Assembly: GCA_964429855.1 (NCBI GenBank) | Contig: CAYSDM010000006.1 | Location: forward strand, 32,047-96,046 | Reading direction: 5' to 3' | DNA: 64,000 nucleotides | Source of the DNA: an uncultured Chthonomonadaceae bacterium | GTDB taxonomy: Bacteria; Armatimonadota; Chthonomonadetes; Chthonomonadales; CAJBBX01 | In this document: positions 63,649-64,000 of the stretch, one piece after another | Layout of the letters: the number at the start of each line of letters is the position of its first letter | Numbering within the stretch: position 1 is the stretch's first letter | The notes under the pieces: generated by a model | The model's database searches: none | The model's input: only the letters and a program-made list of their open reading frames with translations | What the model was told of the DNA's origin: nothing | Translations under genes and position numbers: made by a program

Positions 63649-63678
63649 AGCGGGTGAGGTTGCCTGAACTCACCCGCT
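63649..63678 (+). terminator. Hairpin between recA and recX (possible attenuator/partial terminator)
   Basis: agcgggtgag-gttgcctgaa-ctcacccgct followed only by tt. Confidence 0.4.
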
Positions 63679-63694
63679 TTCCGGCGTTAATCCC

Positions 63695-64000
63695 ATGAAC
63701 GACTACGAAACCGCGCGACAGATCGCGATCCGCTATGCGGACTACGCCGCGCGCACCACCGCCGAAGTGCGCAGGCGGCTGGAGCGAGCGGAGATACCCG
63801 AAGAGATCATTGAGACGGTCCTCGCCGATCTGGAGCGGATGGGGCTGCTGGACGATGACCGGTTCAGCCGCGACTGGGTAGAGAGCCGCAGTCGCCGGAA
63901 AGGACTGGGTCCCAACCGGCTGACCAACGAACTGCGCCAGAAGGGAATAGACCCCGAAATGGCGGAGCAGGCAGCCCGGGAGGTAGACCCGGAGAGCCGT
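63695..64000 (+). CDS. recX: RecA regulator RecX (3'-truncated by the window edge)
   Basis: ATG 63695; the frame is open to the window end. MNDYETARQIAIRYADYAARTTAEVRRRLERAEIPEEIIETVLADLERMGLLDDDRFSRDWVESR shows the typical RecX helical repeats. Located downstream of recA. Confidence 0.85.
   Translation, partial: MNDYETARQIAIRYADYAARTTAEVRRRLERAEIPEEIIETVLADLERMGLLDDDRFSRDWVESRSRRKGLGPNRLTNELRQKGIDPEMAEQAAREVDPESR

Noticed and set aside
1-64000. tRNA, rRNA, tmRNA, prophage or integron features
   Set aside because: No cloverleaf-like or rRNA-like segments were found in any intergenic region. No integrase, capsid, terminase or attC-like repeats were seen. The only mobile-element trace is the IS remnant at 46442-46831.

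Overview
This is a high-GC bacterial chromosomal window. Hand-counted lines are about 60-75% G+C, with a few AT-richer islands. Genes are densely packed, with many 1-4 nt overlaps between neighbours. I saw no rRNA, tRNA or CRISPR. The gene content (an H-X9-DG pilin-like protein, DUF1080, many secreted glycosidases, Tat signals, GTCAT...ATGAC palindromic elements) suggests an Armatimonadota- or Planctomycetota-like organism, but that is inference only.

Layout:
- 1-17.8 kb: glycan-degradation neighbourhood. It holds a GH2-like gene, a beta-helix glycosidase, two DUF4038/GH140-like genes, two clan GH-A barrels, a glutaminase-A-like gene, an AEC transporter and an FGE-family protein.
- 18-26 kb: housekeeping and stress genes (ybaN-like, rbsK, DUF1080, YtxH, a sigma-70 factor, zwf).
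- 26.5-32.1 kb: operon of a heparinase II/III-like protein, a cysteine-hydrolase-like protein and a large polytopic membrane protein.
- 32.2-38.3 kb: isolated flagellar hook module (a giant fliK, flgD, a small operon protein, flgE) behind a sigma-28-like promoter.
- 38-46 kb: orphan ABC ATPase, a WbsX/GH99-like LamG protein, a convergent overlapping Smr and RqcH pair, a SUKH-like protein, a perfect 4 x 21 bp tandem repeat and an IS remnant.
- 46.8-55.3 kb: GH4 gene with a hairpin that sequesters its Shine-Dalgarno (SD) sequence, then a co-directional Rieske-queE-queC-membrane-PhyH-ARH-WbsX cluster.
- 55.3-59.2 kb: CapA-like, large secreted unknown and FG-GAP operon.
- 59.3-64 kb: cinA-thpR-recA-recX block, interrupted by a low-GC two-gene cassette (DUF3883-type PD-(D/E)xK nuclease-like protein plus a small acidic protein).

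The cassette, the Smr/RqcH pairing, the queEC-PhyH-ARH-WbsX cluster and the heparinase-membrane operon are my best candidates for undescribed biology.
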